64,000 bases of DNA from a virus. Below the pieces are notes generated by a model, which was given only the letters and a program-made list of their open reading frames with translations, was not told the DNA's origin and searched no databases. Location of the stretch: UHGV virus genome UHGV-0210596; one strand, 5' to 3'. The position numbers and the translations under genes were made by a program. This document shows positions 46,522 to 57,471 of the stretch, in pieces. Positions within the stretch are counted from its first letter, which is position 1, and each line of letters starts with the position of its first letter.

Positions 46522-46985
46522 AGATTACCGAATTAAACCCCGACAAAGTACTTGCCGAATGGATGGACAACAGGCTGTTTGTTCAGACATCGGCAACCTC
46601 ACCCAAGCGCGGTGTGCGTGTATATGCGCAAGGCGAGCAGCCTCAAACCGGTTTAGGCGATGAATTTATGACGGTGAGTTACAACGGAGTCATTCAGAGC
46701 AAGACCTATCCCATAGGCGTGATGCGCGGCAATCTTGCGTTGAGCATCAACAGCAAGGCTGTCAGCGGCGTAATAGCGCGGCGCAAGCGTCTTGCGTTAT
46801 TAGCCGAGCAATCAGCGGGTCATATCGACCGCAGAGTTATCGGCGGATATTACTATGAGATAGACCTCTTGAATCCGATAGTGCAGCCCACGGTCAACCT
46901 TACGAGCGGCTATGCGACAATGGTATTGAACATATCGTGGCATACCACAGACGAGATACACAACAACAAAAGTAGAACCATCTAA
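46518..46985 (+). CDS. Tail terminator-like protein
   Basis: Position and size. Confidence 0.55.
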   Translation: MKITELNPDKVLAEWMDNRLFVQTSATSPKRGVRVYAQGEQPQTGLGDEFMTVSYNGVIQSKTYPIGVMRGNLALSINSKAVSGVIARRKRLALLAEQSAGHIDRRVIGGYYYEIDLLNPIVQPTVNLTSGYATMVLNISWHTTDEIHNNKSRTI

Positions 46986-46998
46986 TACAGAATAAACA

Positions 46999-47580
46999 AT
47001 GCCAAAGATTACAAAGGCCGATGTAACCAAGATTTTTAACGGCCAAAGCGACATCGTGGTATTTGATGCGCCGACCAGCGGTTATTCGAGTACTACCACT
47101 CTTGCCAACATAGTTTCGTCAGGTGTGAGCCTGGGGCAGATTGTAGGCGACTCCACCTCGTGGGAGGGCGAAGATGCGACCTTCGACAACACCGTAGACG
47201 AGCAGGGCAATGTTATTGTGGCCAAATCCACTGCGGGAACATTCGGGTTCTCGTGCGAGATGGCCTCCGTGAGCAAAGAGAACGCCGTACTGTTTCTGCG
47301 CGGCGTAGCCGTAACGCCTGCCGGGACACCCGTGAGCATCACCAATATCACCAATCTCATCAAGGCAGGTACGGCAATACCCGTAATTACGCGTCCCATA
47401 GCCATATTCAATGACGAGGCCAACAGATACATTCTGTTTCCCAAGGCGCGTATAATCTCCAACCTTTCGATGGAAGATAAGCTCGTGCGCATCAAGCTCA
47501 CCGTTACCGCCGAATTTATCGACACCGCCGAGTTGGGAACATTTATGCTTGGCGACGGCACACCCGCTTACGCCTCCTAA
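46999..47580 (+). CDS. Major tail tube protein
   Basis: 193 aa, beta-rich, followed by terminator hairpin near 47607-47650. Confidence 0.7.
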   Translation: MPKITKADVTKIFNGQSDIVVFDAPTSGYSSTTTLANIVSSGVSLGQIVGDSTSWEGEDATFDNTVDEQGNVIVAKSTAGTFGFSCEMASVSKENAVLFLRGVAVTPAGTPVSITNITNLIKAGTAIPVITRPIAIFNDEANRYILFPKARIISNLSMEDKLVRIKLTVTAEFIDTAELGTFMLGDGTPAYAS

Positions 47581-47670
47581 GCAGACAGCGTAAGACATCG
47601 ACATACGGGCGTGGGCGGTACGGCAGACAAGCCGCCGTCCACGCCGTTTTTATAAACCACACAAAAAGAC

Positions 47671-48228
47671 ATGGAGCAAGAACAGACACCGCAGATAGAC
47701 GAAGCTGCAATGGTTGGCACGGCCAACGACATTATAAAAGGGCGTTCCACCGAGATAGAGATAGGCGGCAAGAGATGGAAATTGCGGCGCATAAGCAATG
47801 CGCAGGCAGCGAAGATAGGCGAGTATGCGCAAGAGGCACGACAGATACAGGCCGAGCAGAAGCGCGAGGGGTTGAGCGAGCGCAAGCAGAAGCGCTTGTA
47901 CAAACGTTTTCGGCAGATACCTGCGAAGATAGCGGCGCGGTATATACTCGGGCTTCGGCGTTGTTGGATACCGTTTGCGACCGCGTATATGTGGCGGCGT
48001 TTGTGGTTTGCGAGCGAGGAATTGAGTATGACCATCAATATAAACAAGACCTTGCAGCGCGAAGAAGAGTCTTTTTTTACCGCCAACTTGGAAGTTATAA
48101 GCTATCTACTCGCGCTCTCTATGAAGCAGGTTGGCGACGTCGCAAAGCAATGGCTCGAAAGAAAGGAGAGTGCGGAAAATATGTTGGACGAGGACGCTTT
48201 GCCGAAAAAGGAGGAGGACAGCAAGTAG
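47671..48228 (+). CDS. Tail assembly chaperone (G-like)
   Basis: Between tail tube and tape measure. Confidence 0.7.
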   Translation: MEQEQTPQIDEAAMVGTANDIIKGRSTEIEIGGKRWKLRRISNAQAAKIGEYAQEARQIQAEQKREGLSERKQKRLYKRFRQIPAKIAARYILGLRRCWIPFATAYMWRRLWFASEELSMTININKTLQREEESFFTANLEVISYLLALSMKQVGDVAKQWLERKESAENMLDEDALPKKEEDSK

Positions 48229-48587
48229 GCAGTGCCTTTTCGGTAAGCGAGACAGACGAGCGCATTAAAGCGCTGTACGGCAATTACGGGTTTTGGTCGT
48301 GGTTAAGGTATTGGTATTTAGACAATTCCGACAAGACATTATTGATGCTTATGGACAAAGGATATTATGACTACGATTATGCCGAAGTTGAGGGAAAAGA
48401 GCAAGAAGAAATACGTCCGCCGCGAGAACAGGCGGCAATGCAGGACATCTTCACACGCTTTAGCTGGGGCAAAGTCAAGACCTTAAAAGACGAGAGTGGT
48501 AATGGCGTAACCACGTGTGTAGAAAGCGTACAAGCGGCAGCAATGCGAAAATTACAGAACAACAAAAAGAAATGCAATGAACAATAA
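48070..48587 (+). CDS. Tail assembly chaperone -1 frame extension (T-like)
   Basis: Open -1 frame overlapping the G-like 3' end and reaching the tape measure start; start coordinate approximate. Confidence 0.55.
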
Positions 48588-51500
48588 TCTAAGATACGGG
48601 GTAAATTTCGACCTTGACAAGGGGGCGAAACATGCGTATGAGGACGCGGCGAAGTTCCTGCGTCAACTGGAACTTATGTTCAAGGCGCGACCATTGGCGA
48701 TTGACTTAAAGGTCAACAGCGATGCTGTTTCCAAGGGTATTCTTGATGACGAGGGCAAACTCAAGCACAAGGCAGGTTCCATTGACGCACTAAACGCACG
48801 CATCAAGCAGCTTAGCGATGCATGGAACGCTATGGCAGAGAGCGAGCGTATTGCCAACAAGGCTACCGGGGAGCTGACAGCCGAAGCCAGTAAAAACAGG
48901 GATGAGTGGGCTCGGCTAAACGCAATGTTGAAAACCACTCACCAAACACTTGCCCAGCTACAACAGGCGTCAGACGCCAAAGACAAATCAGACCAAAAGG
49001 CAAAGGTCGAAGGCTTCCGCGCTGTGGCGCGCGCCGCACAGGACTTCGCAAAGACTTTGAGCGAGGTAGCGGCAGCGGAACGCAAATACCAGCAGGAAAC
49101 CGCAAAGGAAATTGACAAAGCATACAAGCAGCGGCAAAAGCAGATAAACGAAAAAATTAGCCAGCTGCACCGCGAAGCCGAGGCTGAGAATCAGATGCGA
49201 GCAGCGCAGACAAAGAGTGTGTCTGTCGGATATGCCGACTTGCAAAAGCGCATTGAGGCAGTCAAGGTGCTGCGTTCACAATACGAGGCACTACTGCCCT
49301 CCCTTAACGCGATGGCACAAAAGCGCGTGTCTATCAAAATGGAGATAGACAAACGCTTTGAGGGAGAAATACAGCGCATCCAATCCGAAATAAACAAGCT
49401 TGGTCGCAAAATGTCCAGCGTTGGAGGTGCGGGCGGCAACATTCAGCCGTACCTTAGTGCAATAAACCAACTGCGCGGCGAAATCGACAAGATAAACCAG
49501 CACAAAATAGAACTATTCAACAACAACGCCATACAGGGGCAGTTCTCGCGTCTGCGCAGCGAGGTATCAAAAGTCTACACAGACATGCAGACAGCGGAGC
49601 GCTGGCTTGCATCAGACAACAGCCTAAATGTCGCCCTTGACAAACAATCACAGAAAATTGTTGAGTTGCACCAGCAGATAGCCAAGCTTGACGCGGAATT
49701 TGCTCGGCTTAATTCAAGCGGAAAAGCATACAACACAGACGGCAGTTTTACCACACAGGCAAACGCTCTCCTGCAACAGCGCATTGCCTTGACAAGACAG
49801 CTTGAAACTGCGTCTATAAGTGCGGCAGACGCACAGCGGCAGAGAGAGGAGCAACTAAGTGCGGCTGAACGTAAACGGCTCAACGAACTGCGCGAGGCAC
49901 AGGTCGCAGCAGAGCGGCAAGCCAAGGCGGAAACGGATGCGCGTCAAAAACGCATTGCCGCACTAAACGCCGAGAACCAAGCAAACCAAAAGGCGTATAA
50001 CGACAAAAAACGGCAAGGTTTAGAGATACAACGGGCACTAAAAGCCGAAGAAAACAGCATCTCTGCGATTACCGCCAAACTGCAAATCCAACAGCAGCGG
50101 TTGCAGAACGCTAAATTCGGTTCTTCGCAGTTCAACAAGATTGCCGAGGAGGTAAGACGCCTAAGTGCGGAACTTGATAAGGCGCGAGCAAAAGTAAGTT
50201 CGCTGACCAAATCGGGGGAGTCTTCTACCAAACTTGAACGAGCCGCCAAAGGCTGGAACGGTGTCAACGGTGCGATGCAAAAGCAAGAAACCTACTTATC
50301 GCGCTTGATAAAGCGTATGGCCGTATACTACTCCGTAAGTTCGGTATTCAACTTTATCTCGAAGATACGCGAGGTTACGGCAGAATTTGAGTTGCAGCGC
50401 ATATCGTTAGGAGCTATAATCCAAGACCAAACGAGGGCGAATGCGTTGTTTGCCGAGATTAAGACATTTGCATTACAATCCCCCGTAAGTGTACTCGATT
50501 TGACAAAGTACACTAAGCAACTTGCGGCGTACAAGATAGGCATAGACGACCTTTTCGACACCACCAAACGCCTGACTGACGTATCTGTCGGCCTCGGTGT
50601 AAGCATGGACAGAGTAGTGTTGGCCTATGGCCAAATTCGCGCCGCGAGTTACCTGCGAGCCAGTGAGGTGAGGCAATTGACAGAAATGGGAGTGCCTATC
50701 ATTGAGGAACTTGCGAAGAAATTAAGTGCCGCCAACGGTGAACTTGTCAAGGCGTCCGATGTAATGGATATGATAAGTAAGCGTCAGATTTCGTTTGACA
50801 TGGTCAAAGAAGTGTTTGAGGACATGACCAATAAAGGCGGAATCTTCTACGACATGCAGATAAAGCAGGGCAATACCCTATACGGTTTATGGGCTAAATT
50901 AGGTGATGCCGCTTCGATGATGTATGACGAGATAGGGCGCACGGGCTGGGTCAATGACCTGATGAAAGGCTTGATTAAGACCATTACCAATCTGATGCGC
51001 AACTGGGAAAGTGTGGCCGGTTCGATAGGGAGCGTTGCGATAGCTTTCGGCGCGTTCAAACTTGCGGCGATGAGTGCGCGAGCTTCGGCAATGTTGTTCA
51101 CCGTGGCGGGCAAAGAGCAGATGATAAAAGCCACGCAGAGAGTTACGGCATTGCAGCGAGAAGCCGAGGCGATGGAAAAATCGGGGCGTATGGCGCGTTT
51201 ATACCAAAAGCAGCAGATAGGGATAGCGGTGGCGCAGATGCGAGCAACGCAGGCGACCAACCTATTTACCAAGAGTTTGTACAAGCTCAAAGCGGTGTTT
51301 TTGAGTAATCCCTTGGGATGGGCGGTATTGGCGATAACCGCGATGATAGAGATATTCAGTAAAGCGGCGGATGCGGTAGACAAGCTGCAAGCCAAGTTTG
51401 CAGAAATAGAAACAACGTATGCCGACAAGAACACGTTTGACAGGAGCAACTTCAAGAAACTGGCAGACGAAGCTGTAAACTCCGTAAACGGCAGTAAGAA

Positions 51501-54500
51501 GCAGAAAGACGCCCTTGACGACTTGAACCGCACCTACGGGAACATCGTAGACAGTCAAAACCTCCAAATAGAAAAACTGCGCGAGTTGAACGGCGAGTAT
51601 GCTTCGCTGACCCAGATGGTAGAGGCGTACAACGAAAAGCAGAAGCACAGCGAGAAAGAAGCGGCTATTAAAGAAGCCTATGGTCAGCGGCTTAAAACGC
51701 AGAGCGAAGAATTGCTTAACCAAATCAACGACTTCGAAGAACGCGGCGAGTTGACCGTGCGCGGAGTTGAAGCCATAAGGGAATATATCACCGACCTTAT
51801 CAATGCAGGAAAATGGGATATAGATTGGTCTAAGATAAAGGACTTTAAGTTTGATAAGGAAGGGAATATATCCAATATTGTTCTATCCGACGGTGATGTA
51901 AAAGAGGCAGAGCGTTATAAGGAAGTACTCAACGACATACTGACGTTGATGACACAATACGGCTATCAATCAAAAGAGTACTTTTGGCTTGCCGGGGGTT
52001 CGGGGACTAAAGGCGCTTTGACAAGATTTATGGAAATTATCGATGCTGCCGGAGAATACAACACCACAATCAAAGCGCAAAATGAGTCTTTGGCAGATAA
52101 TGACACGAAATACAAAAATGCCATAGACAGCCTTAATGCGTATGCTGCGGCGATAGACCGCATACAGGAGGCTATTGCAAACGGCGATTGGTCATACCCC
52201 GAGATGATTAACGCCAATGCCAAAGCCGGAATGTTAGGCACGGGAGACTCAACCTTTGACGTCAGCAACGTAATTTATGACCCGTCCAAAGTCGAGGGCG
52301 AGTACGCCAAGTATGTAGAGCAGATAAACGCGCAGTTGCAGGTGATGTACAATAACCTTGCGGCCATGGCGGCGAGAGAGGGTATAAACCTGCCCAAAGA
52401 GTACTTCACGGCGGCGGCCTCGTGGGCGGACGCGCATAAGACCGAATTTTCGCTGATAAACTGGGAAGAAGTAGAGAGAGCCTTTGCCGAGGGTTCGCCT
52501 AAGCTGATAGCCGCAGGTAACTCGATGAAAAAGTTGCAAGAGACCATAGCGTCAACCGACCCTGCCGTGCGACAGATACAGCAGCACTTGATAGTGACGG
52601 CAGAGAACACGGGTATTGTAGGCAAGGCCTTTGGCAGGCTGAAACAATATCTATGGGACGGCAACAACAACCTTAAAGAGCATGTCAAGGCGTTAGATGA
52701 AGCCATAGCGGGATACGAGGCAGACATCAAGCGATGGTCGCGAGCCGTACAAGTTGGCGGATGGCTTGCGCAGCAGATGTATGCGCAGAAGATAGCCGAC
52801 ACGCAAGAGCTTGTCAAGGCGCTTAAAGAGCAGGCCAAATTCGAGCGCACGTATCTACCTGCGGACGACAAGAAGAAAAAAGGAAGCAAGAGCGACACCA
52901 CCTTGCAGGAATTGCGAGAGATATACGACAAGCGCATAGAGATTTACAAGAAGTACGAGTCACTGGTCAAAAAAGAGGGTAAAACGGCGGCAACGAAGCA
53001 TATAGAGCAGATGTACGGAGGGACGCTGAAACGTCTAAACGACATGGGTAAGCGCTTCGGTTTGTCGTTTAAGATGTCCGATATTCTCGACATTAAAGAA
53101 CTGGAAAAAGGCAGCCAAAAGATTATCAAGATAATAGACACGCTCAAACAGAAGGGAGCTAAGGAATTGGCGCTTGAACTGCAATTGATGCTGGACAATC
53201 TAAAGCTCGACCTGTTGGCCGAACAGATAAAAAAGCAACTTAAAGAGGTGGCCGACCGAATAAGCCGCAGTAAAGAGATGCAGGAGTTTTACGACAAGAT
53301 ATTTGACCTGACGGGCAGCAGAGCGCGAGCCGAAGACCTGACCAAGTCAATCTTCGGCGGCACGGGGTCAGACCTGCAAGCGCTTATGGCCGACGAAATC
53401 CGTCAGATAGTCGGCAGTGTCAAGGCCGTCAAACTGCCCAAAGGGATAATCAATGCCGATGACCTTGTGAATTTCAATGAGTTGCGCAAATTTGCCGAAG
53501 AAAACAAGGACGAACTCGGCGAGATGTATGACAAGTTGATAAAGATAGCCGACGACGGGCAGAAGCAACTTGCCAACAGCTATCAAGGCTACCTTAACGA
53601 CCTCAAAGTTGCCGAGACGTATGCCGACAAGCGCGTGAAACTTGCGCGTGAAACCGCGGAAAAGATAGCCAAAATAAACCAAGACGCGGCAATGGGGCGT
53701 ATCTCGAAATCGGAAGCATCGACACTGACCGAGGGCTATAAACGCCGCGAGCAAAAAGAAACCGCCAACCTTGAATGGGAGGCGTTTAAGAATATGCCCT
53801 ACTACGTTGCGATGTTTGACGACTTAGACAATGCAAGCACCGATATGTTGAAGCGAATGCGCGGCAGTTTGATAGAATTGAAATCTCTATGGGGGTCAAG
53901 CCTGAATCCGACCGAGTTAAAGGAGTTGCAATCAAGATTGAAAGAGCTTGACAAGCAACTTACCAAAAAAAATCCGTTTAAGGCACTTGCCGATGCGATT
54001 AAGACGTATCGCGATATGCGCAAGAACGGCGACGCTCTCGGCAGCAAGACCAAAGAAGAAGCGGATTTGAAGGTTGCAAATGCCGAACACGAGCAAAAAA
54101 TGGCTTACAACCGTTTGAAGCTTGCACAGGAATACGGCGAAGCCATAATAGAGGCCGCAAAGGAACGCGGTTCGAAAGCCGCGATGGACGCCGCAAAGAA
54201 ACAAGCCGAGGTTGTGATAAAAGCCGCAAAGGAGCAAGCCGAAGCCGCCGATGAGGGCGTGGAGAAAACGCAGAACGCCGCGCTGTCTTGGAAGAAAGTG
54301 GGCGACCAACAGAGAATGGCAGGTGAGCAGGCGAGCGAGTTCATTAAGGACATGGGCAAGGTCGCACACGGCATAGCCGACGTTACAGGCGCGTTAGGCG
54401 GCAGCGAAGAAGATGTGCAATTTTGGAACGACATAGCCGACGGCTTAGACCAAGTGGGCGGCGCGGTAGACGATATAATAAAATCCGTAGCCTCGGGCAA

Positions 54501-55593
54501 TGTCTTAGGCATCGTCAAGAGTGCCGTAAGCGCGATACCCAAGCTGATAGTCGGTTTTAGCAGCATCTTCAATGCCGGCAGGATACGGCGAGCCAACAAA
54601 GAAATCAAGCGTCAAAAGAACCTGTTAGAGCAGTTGCAATACACGTATGACAGGTTGAACAATGCCGCCGACAAACTATTTGGGCGCGACTACATCAGCA
54701 ACTACAATACCCAAATGGCCAATCTGAAAGCCCAGCAAAATGCCTATTTGAAGCAAGCCGAAGCCGAGAATAGCAAGGGCAAAAAGAAAGACAAAGACGC
54801 CTACGAGGGGTATCTGAAAAGTGCGCAGGAGACCGCCGATAAGATACGCGAGTTGCAGGACGATATGGTGTCGCGAATGATGGGCAGCGACCGAGCCAGT
54901 GCCGCCAAAGAATTTGCGCAGAGTTGGTTAGAAGCCAAAGCATCGTTCGCAAACACCTCCGACGCCATCAAGAGCAAATACAAGGATATGATTAAGAGTA
55001 TGATAATCGAGGGAGCAGCCGCCAAGCTGATAGACTCGATACTCGCGCCGATGTGGAAGCAGGTGCAATCACTACTCGAAAACAATCCCAACGACACGAT
55101 GAAGGCCGTAGACTACGTGGCCAAGAACCTTGACGCGTTTACCAATCAAGCCAATAGTGCCATGGAGACGTTGTGGCGAGCCTTAGAAGCGCGAGGATAC
55201 GACCTAAAAGAATTGATAGGCGACACCGACAGCAAGAGCACCGGCATAGCCAAGAGTGTGGCGAGTGCCACAAGCGAAGAAATCAACGCCTTGACCGCAG
55301 CGATAAATACCGCGTTCTACTATTTCAGTCCGATACCGCTGATAGCCGAGAATGTGGCTGCGATACGGGCGCAGATAGTAGGCGCGACAAGCGCGACACA
55401 AACGATAACGGGCGGAGGTACGGTAGACGCCGATACCCTTGTGCAACAGCATTTGGCTTGTCTGCCCAATATCGAAGCCAACACCGCGATGACCGTGCAG
55501 AAAATGCAAGAAGCGATAAACGCGCTGAACCGTGTAATCAGCCCCAAGGGCACTACAAGCACACACGGCGTGAATGTATATCTGCGTAATTAG
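48577..55593 (+). CDS. Tape measure protein
   Basis: 2338 aa, coiled coil, tape-measure core (FALQSP, KQLAAY, AYGQI...EVRQLTE.G.PI). Confidence 0.93.
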   Translation: MNNNLRYGVNFDLDKGAKHAYEDAAKFLRQLELMFKARPLAIDLKVNSDAVSKGILDDEGKLKHKAGSIDALNARIKQLSDAWNAMAESERIANKATGELTAEASKNRDEWARLNAMLKTTHQTLAQLQQASDAKDKSDQKAKVEGFRAVARAAQDFAKTLSEVAAAERKYQQETAKEIDKAYKQRQKQINEKISQLHREAEAENQMRAAQTKSVSVGYADLQKRIEAVKVLRSQYEALLPSLNAMAQKRVSIKMEIDKRFEGEIQRIQSEINKLGRKMSSVGGAGGNIQPYLSAINQLRGEIDKINQHKIELFNNNAIQGQFSRLRSEVSKVYTDMQTAERWLASDNSLNVALDKQSQKIVELHQQIAKLDAEFARLNSSGKAYNTDGSFTTQANALLQQRIALTRQLETASISAADAQRQREEQLSAAERKRLNELREAQVAAERQAKAETDARQKRIAALNAENQANQKAYNDKKRQGLEIQRALKAEENSISAITAKLQIQQQRLQNAKFGSSQFNKIAEEVRRLSAELDKARAKVSSLTKSGESSTKLERAAKGWNGVNGAMQKQETYLSRLIKRMAVYYSVSSVFNFISKIREVTAEFELQRISLGAIIQDQTRANALFAEIKTFALQSPVSVLDLTKYTKQLAAYKIGIDDLFDTTKRLTDVSVGLGVSMDRVVLAYGQIRAASYLRASEVRQLTEMGVPIIEELAKKLSAANGELVKASDVMDMISKRQISFDMVKEVFEDMTNKGGIFYDMQIKQGNTLYGLWAKLGDAASMMYDEIGRTGWVNDLMKGLIKTITNLMRNWESVAGSIGSVAIAFGAFKLAAMSARASAMLFTVAGKEQMIKATQRVTALQREAEAMEKSGRMARLYQKQQIGIAVAQMRATQATNLFTKSLYKLKAVFLSNPLGWAVLAITAMIEIFSKAADAVDKLQAKFAEIETTYADKNTFDRSNFKKLADEAVNSVNGSKKQKDALDDLNRTYGNIVDSQNLQIEKLRELNGEYASLTQMVEAYNEKQKHSEKEAAIKEAYGQRLKTQSEELLNQINDFEERGELTVRGVEAIREYITDLINAGKWDIDWSKIKDFKFDKEGNISNIVLSDGDVKEAERYKEVLNDILTLMTQYGYQSKEYFWLAGGSGTKGALTRFMEIIDAAGEYNTTIKAQNESLADNDTKYKNAIDSLNAYAAAIDRIQEAIANGDWSYPEMINANAKAGMLGTGDSTFDVSNVIYDPSKVEGEYAKYVEQINAQLQVMYNNLAAMAAREGINLPKEYFTAAASWADAHKTEFSLINWEEVERAFAEGSPKLIAAGNSMKKLQETIASTDPAVRQIQQHLIVTAENTGIVGKAFGRLKQYLWDGNNNLKEHVKALDEAIAGYEADIKRWSRAVQVGGWLAQQMYAQKIADTQELVKALKEQAKFERTYLPADDKKKKGSKSDTTLQELREIYDKRIEIYKKYESLVKKEGKTAATKHIEQMYGGTLKRLNDMGKRFGLSFKMSDILDIKELEKGSQKIIKIIDTLKQKGAKELALELQLMLDNLKLDLLAEQIKKQLKEVADRISRSKEMQEFYDKIFDLTGSRARAEDLTKSIFGGTGSDLQALMADEIRQIVGSVKAVKLPKGIINADDLVNFNELRKFAEENKDELGEMYDKLIKIADDGQKQLANSYQGYLNDLKVAETYADKRVKLARETAEKIAKINQDAAMGRISKSEASTLTEGYKRREQKETANLEWEAFKNMPYYVAMFDDLDNASTDMLKRMRGSLIELKSLWGSSLNPTELKELQSRLKELDKQLTKKNPFKALADAIKTYRDMRKNGDALGSKTKEEADLKVANAEHEQKMAYNRLKLAQEYGEAIIEAAKERGSKAAMDAAKKQAEVVIKAAKEQAEAADEGVEKTQNAALSWKKVGDQQRMAGEQASEFIKDMGKVAHGIADVTGALGGSEEDVQFWNDIADGLDQVGGAVDDIIKSVASGNVLGIVKSAVSAIPKLIVGFSSIFNAGRIRRANKEIKRQKNLLEQLQYTYDRLNNAADKLFGRDYISNYNTQMANLKAQQNAYLKQAEAENSKGKKKDKDAYEGYLKSAQETADKIRELQDDMVSRMMGSDRASAAKEFAQSWLEAKASFANTSDAIKSKYKDMIKSMIIEGAAAKLIDSILAPMWKQVQSLLENNPNDTMKAVDYVAKNLDAFTNQANSAMETLWRALEARGYDLKELIGDTDSKSTGIAKSVASATSEEINALTAAINTAFYYFSPIPLIAENVAAIRAQIVGATSATQTITGGGTVDADTLVQQHLACLPNIEANTAMTVQKMQEAINALNRVISPKGTTSTHGVNVYLRN

Positions 55594-55657
55594 GAAATGC
55601 CGTTGATAATCACTATCTTTGCGATTGAAAAACACACTCAAAAACGGTTGTAAAGAA

Positions 55658-56086
55658 ATGCGAAGCATAGACAAGATTATCGTGCATTGCAGCGCAAGCT
55701 GCCAATCCGCCAAGGCACGGGACATAGTGGCATACCACCTGCGTCCCGTAAACCTTGGCGGACGCGGCTGGCGCGTTGCGGGGTATCATTACATTATTGA
55801 AGCCGATGGCAAAGTAGTAAACACCGTAGACGAGGCACAAGTGAGCAACGGCTGTTACGGGCAGAACCAACGCGCCATAAACGTATGCTATGTAGGTGGC
55901 GTAGACACAAGTAAAAAAAGCCTGCCGCCCATTGACAATCGCACACCGCAGCAAAAAGCCGCGTTACTGACGCTATTGAAACAACTGAGGCGGAAATATC
56001 CCCAAGCCAAGATATACGGGCACAGGGACTTTGCGAGCAAAGCCTGTCCGAGTTTTGACGCCAAAACCGAATATAAAGACCTATGA
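55658..56086 (+). CDS. Endolysin, N-acetylmuramoyl-L-alanine amidase (T7 lysozyme-like)
   Basis: IIVHCSA, GYHY, ICYVGG-like, GHRD, KACPSF; own TATCTTTG element at 55614. Confidence 0.93.
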   Translation: MRSIDKIIVHCSASCQSAKARDIVAYHLRPVNLGGRGWRVAGYHYIIEADGKVVNTVDEAQVSNGCYGQNQRAINVCYVGGVDTSKKSLPPIDNRTPQQKAALLTLLKQLRRKYPQAKIYGHRDFASKACPSFDAKTEYKDL

Positions 56087-56517
56087 AAGATAGATTTGCG
56101 AGAATAGGATGTTTGTTGCTTACGGCAGTGTACGCCTTAGCCATTGCCGGGCTTGCGGCGTTGCTGTCGGGGTGCAAAACAAAGATAGAATACGTGCCTG
56201 TCGAGAGTGTTCGCACCGAGTATAAAGACCGCATAGTCAAAGAATTGCATACAGACACGGTAAACAACACTCGTTTTGTGTACGTTAATGGCGATACCAT
56301 AATAGACTATCGCGAGAAAGAGCGCATCAAGGTAGTACATCAGACAGACACCCTTATAATCATAAAGACCGACACCATAAGCAAGATTGTGCCTGTCGAG
56401 CGCAAGCTAAGCCGATGGGAGAAAACCAAGATGGATGTCGGCGGAATAGCTATGGGCGTCTCCTTCGTATTACTATGTGCGGCAGTATGGTGGCTTGTTA
56501 AAAAATTCAAGAAATGA
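56083..56517 (+). CDS. Lipoprotein with C-terminal TM (unimolecular spanin-like)
   Basis: Lipobox LSGC, beta-rich DT repeats, C-terminal TM. Confidence 0.7.
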   Translation: MKDRFARIGCLLLTAVYALAIAGLAALLSGCKTKIEYVPVESVRTEYKDRIVKELHTDTVNNTRFVYVNGDTIIDYREKERIKVVHQTDTLIIIKTDTISKIVPVERKLSRWEKTKMDVGGIAMGVSFVLLCAAVWWLVKKFKK

Positions 56518-56987
56518 GCGAGTTAAGAGACATATTGATACGCCAAGCGAGAGAGCGCGGAGTGTGTGTTGATGGTTACGGGCGTCTTAGCAGCTTAGAC
56601 CGCAATGCGCTATTAGAATATTATAAAGTCATGGTTGACTGGTGTTTAGAACACCACTACCCCGACCTTGCGGTGATAGAAGAATACTTTTCGGACTGCG
56701 GAGACAGCGGCATATACGTAGGCAAGACCTTTCGCGGCGAGACGCTAAGCGGCGATGTTTACGTATTTCACAACTGCAAAGGTTGGGTACGGGTAGCCAT
56801 GGACTACAACAAATGCGTGATACCGATGCTATACTTCGGCAACGGCAGTAAAATGAGAGTAAAATGCGACCAGCGGCGCAATATCGGCAATCCGATATGT
56901 GTACCGTTGTATATTTATGATGCGCGAGTCGAGGCCGATGACGGCGAATACGCCACTTACAGACGAATCGACCGCGATACAAGATAG
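56514..56987 (+). CDS. Hypothetical protein
   Basis: A...G.C..G...DWCLE..YP pattern. Confidence 0.7.
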   Translation: MSELRDILIRQARERGVCVDGYGRLSSLDRNALLEYYKVMVDWCLEHHYPDLAVIEEYFSDCGDSGIYVGKTFRGETLSGDVYVFHNCKGWVRVAMDYNKCVIPMLYFGNGSKMRVKCDQRRNIGNPICVPLYIYDARVEADDGEYATYRRIDRDTR

Positions 56988-56991
56988 ATGA

Positions 56992-57471
56992 ATGGAAACG
57001 ATTTTAGGTATATTAAGTGCGATTTTAGGGTGTTCTACACTATTGAGTTGGATGTTGTATCGCGGGGCGAACAAACGCATCAAAGACGCCGAGGCCGACA
57101 AAGCCAATGCCGAGGCCGATGCCGTCCAATGGGACTTGTACGAGAAGCGGATAGAAGCTACGCACAAGAGTATAGACATACTCAATGCGCAGCTTGAAGC
57201 ACAGATAAAACTTGCCGCACGCAAAGAAGATATTATCGAGGACAAGACACAGGCCATCCGCAAGCTGCAAGAAGCCATGAACACGTTACAGAACGAGCGC
57301 TTGAAAGACGCCAACGAGATCGGCGAATTAAAGCAAGAGCGAGACTTTTACAAGATGTGGCATTGTCAGCGCGAGTTCGGTACAAGCCGAGAAGAATGTG
57401 TGCGTCGTCAACCGCCGCAGAAAGTGGCATTGAAGTATACACCATATAAGGATAAGGCACAAGAGCAATGA
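56992..57471 (+). CDS. N-terminal TM plus coiled-coil protein (holin/antiholin-like)
   Basis: TM helix, coiled coil, C..C..R.PP end. Confidence 0.6.
   Translation: METILGILSAILGCSTLLSWMLYRGANKRIKDAEADKANAEADAVQWDLYEKRIEATHKSIDILNAQLEAQIKLAARKEDIIEDKTQAIRKLQEAMNTLQNERLKDANEIGELKQERDFYKMWHCQREFGTSREECVRRQPPQKVALKYTPYKDKAQEQ

Noticed and set aside
44344..55725. Many minus-strand ORFs opposite the capsid and tape measure genes
   Set aside because: Shadow ORFs with no recognisable motifs or leaders
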